From: Raillietiella orientalis
Taxonomy: Eukaryota
NCBI GenBank assembly: GCA_036172245.1
Contig: JAYWIR010000030.1
Coordinates: 1,240,001 to 1,304,000 of the forward strand
Direction: 5' to 3'
DNA length: 64,000 nucleotides
Part shown: positions 62,480 to 64,000 of the stretch, piece after piece
Layout: every line of letters starts with the position of its first letter
Numbering within the stretch: position 1 is the stretch's first letter
Notes under the pieces: generated by a model
The model's input: the letters and a program-made list of their open reading frames with translations, nothing else
Told to the model about the DNA's origin: nothing
Database searches by the model: none
Translations under genes and position numbers: made by a program

Positions 62480-62850
62480 TCTAATGTTGCGCAGATCAAG
62501 TCAGCGAAATAAAGACGGATCGAGAAACTTCAGCAAGGTTCCCAATGTATCGAGGAAAAGGATCCTCAGAATAGACAGATGAACAAGAGACTTCAGAAGC
62601 ACAGATTAACAAAATGGGAAATCCCTCAAGCTGAACGATTTGTATAAGCGAGCAAGGCCCGCCGGTGCTGTCAGAGCGTAGTCCTTTGAGTTGGACTCCT
62701 ATGGGAAGAGCAGGGAGTAAGCAAGCCATGCAAGTAACGGGCGCAGTCGGAGGATCAATACTTCAGAGGGATGTATTTGCTAATCACATGTGAAAAGAGA
62801 ATCAGTTGAGAGATCAGGATGGAACAGAAGTTGCATGATAAGCATCCAGA
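62480..62850 (+). mobile_element. Possible decayed RTE-clade ORF 3' end
   Basis: 'LSWTPMGRAG' (L.W.P.G.R..GRP-like) followed by a DR..W-like segment. Weak. Confidence 0.2.
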
Positions 62851-64000
62851 CTTTGGTGCGTTTTGTGAAATAATCTTTGCCTGAGCCTATAAGAGATCAA
62901 GCAAACGAGTGCAATATCTCCCGGAGACGGATGAGGAATACAAAGTGAAAAGGACATTTTAATTTAGGCATTCTGTCCGGGAAGAAGAAGGCAGTGGCCA
63001 CCCGACGGTTTTTTGATTTTTCATTTTTTTTTCGCACGGAAAAATATTCCACCAGAGATGGAACTGCATCCAGATCGAACCGCCAGGCAGGTCCACTTGA
63101 GTACCAGAAAAGGACGAAATTGGACTTTATTTGATTCGCCTTGCCGCAAATTTGCTGCTTTGATGAAACTGCTTTTTCCTGAGATCAGAATCACTTCGGA
63201 AATACCGAGAAGGGAGAGAGAGAGAGAGAGAATTCTCTACCGGAAGGTTTTTAGTTCTTGAGACGTTTCCGGCGAAGACGACAAGCACCCTTTTATAGGG
63301 AGGACCGTTCCCCATCGGTAGCTCTTTGGTGTTCACGCAGCAACAGGAATGTTTTCATCGCCTTAGTGAGCTCCGATCCGAGTTTATGAAGTAAGCAACC
63401 CGACGGAAAACGTGTGAAAGCAGCACATGAGCACATGTGAGCATTTGTGTGGGTCTCCGAGGCATACCGATGCGTGCACACACCCTCGAACATGTTTCTC
63501 CGTGTATACACATTCGTAATGAACGCGAACTTTCTCGACGTTTTTCTCCCCCTTTTTGCGCCATATTTTACTCTCCTCGTTCCAAAATATCCGCGAGGAG
63601 TTGAGATTTGATGATGAAGTGGTCACGTTTCACATTTGCAGGAGCGCGTGTCATTTTCCCATGTGGCTCTTAGTCATCTGGAAGCAAGGGCGCGCATCTC
63701 GTGCTGGAGGAACTTTTCGAAAGTCTGCAGAAGGCTCCGCCAAGTCTTCGCCTTTGTGCTCTGACCAACTTTCCTCCGCGAACAAGAGGGCGTTTATTGG
63801 ATCGAGCAGGCGAATGCTTAATTGGATTGAATTCGTCCCACCAATGTCCCATGTGAAGTCAGCAGCTTAGTAGCTTTGATGTCTTTCTTCTATAGCTTGT
63901 GCTCTGGTGTCGGCTTTACGTGGAACACTCTCACTGGACACACACTTTGGAGAACGCATAACTACCGTGTTTATACCGCTTGCACTGATTCCAACGGAGG

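Noticed and set aside
1..64000. CRISPR array, rRNA genes or prokaryotic operons
   Set aside because: No regularly spaced repeat-spacer array or rRNA signature was seen. The spliceosomal gene shows the window is eukaryotic, and the bacterial pieces are short pseudogenes.

Overview
Eukaryotic, most likely arthropod, genomic DNA. Most of the supplied ORF track is noise. (1) The last five coding exons of a divergent glutamate-gated chloride channel (GluCl, Cys-loop) gene lie on + at 5074-9305. They have clean GT-AG junctions and consistent phases; the 5' exons were not found in the window. (2) The rest is dense with decayed retroelements, mostly on the - strand: L1/Tx1-clade LINEs, plus fainter Penelope-, RTE- and CR1-like relics and two copies of a TA-flanked Tc1/mariner-type MITE. 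(3) The best signal is a nested, apparently site-specific pair. An ~800-nt structured repeat ('X') ends in a tRNA-like Pol III A/B-box segment. It is uninterrupted at 44.15-44.87 kb, but is split at the same position in two other copies by independently 5'-truncated Tx1-like elements ('Y'), one of which keeps a 14-bp target-site duplication. (4) Foreign DNA is also captured: a mitochondrial ND4 NUMT inside an X copy, with a fold-back junction, and decayed Wolbachia/Rickettsiales-like fragments (tpiA, tRNA-Thr, ksgA, alaS and possibly an Smr domain) at 52-58 kb. Assignments come from motif recognition and manual alignment only; no searches were run, and relic boundaries are approximate.
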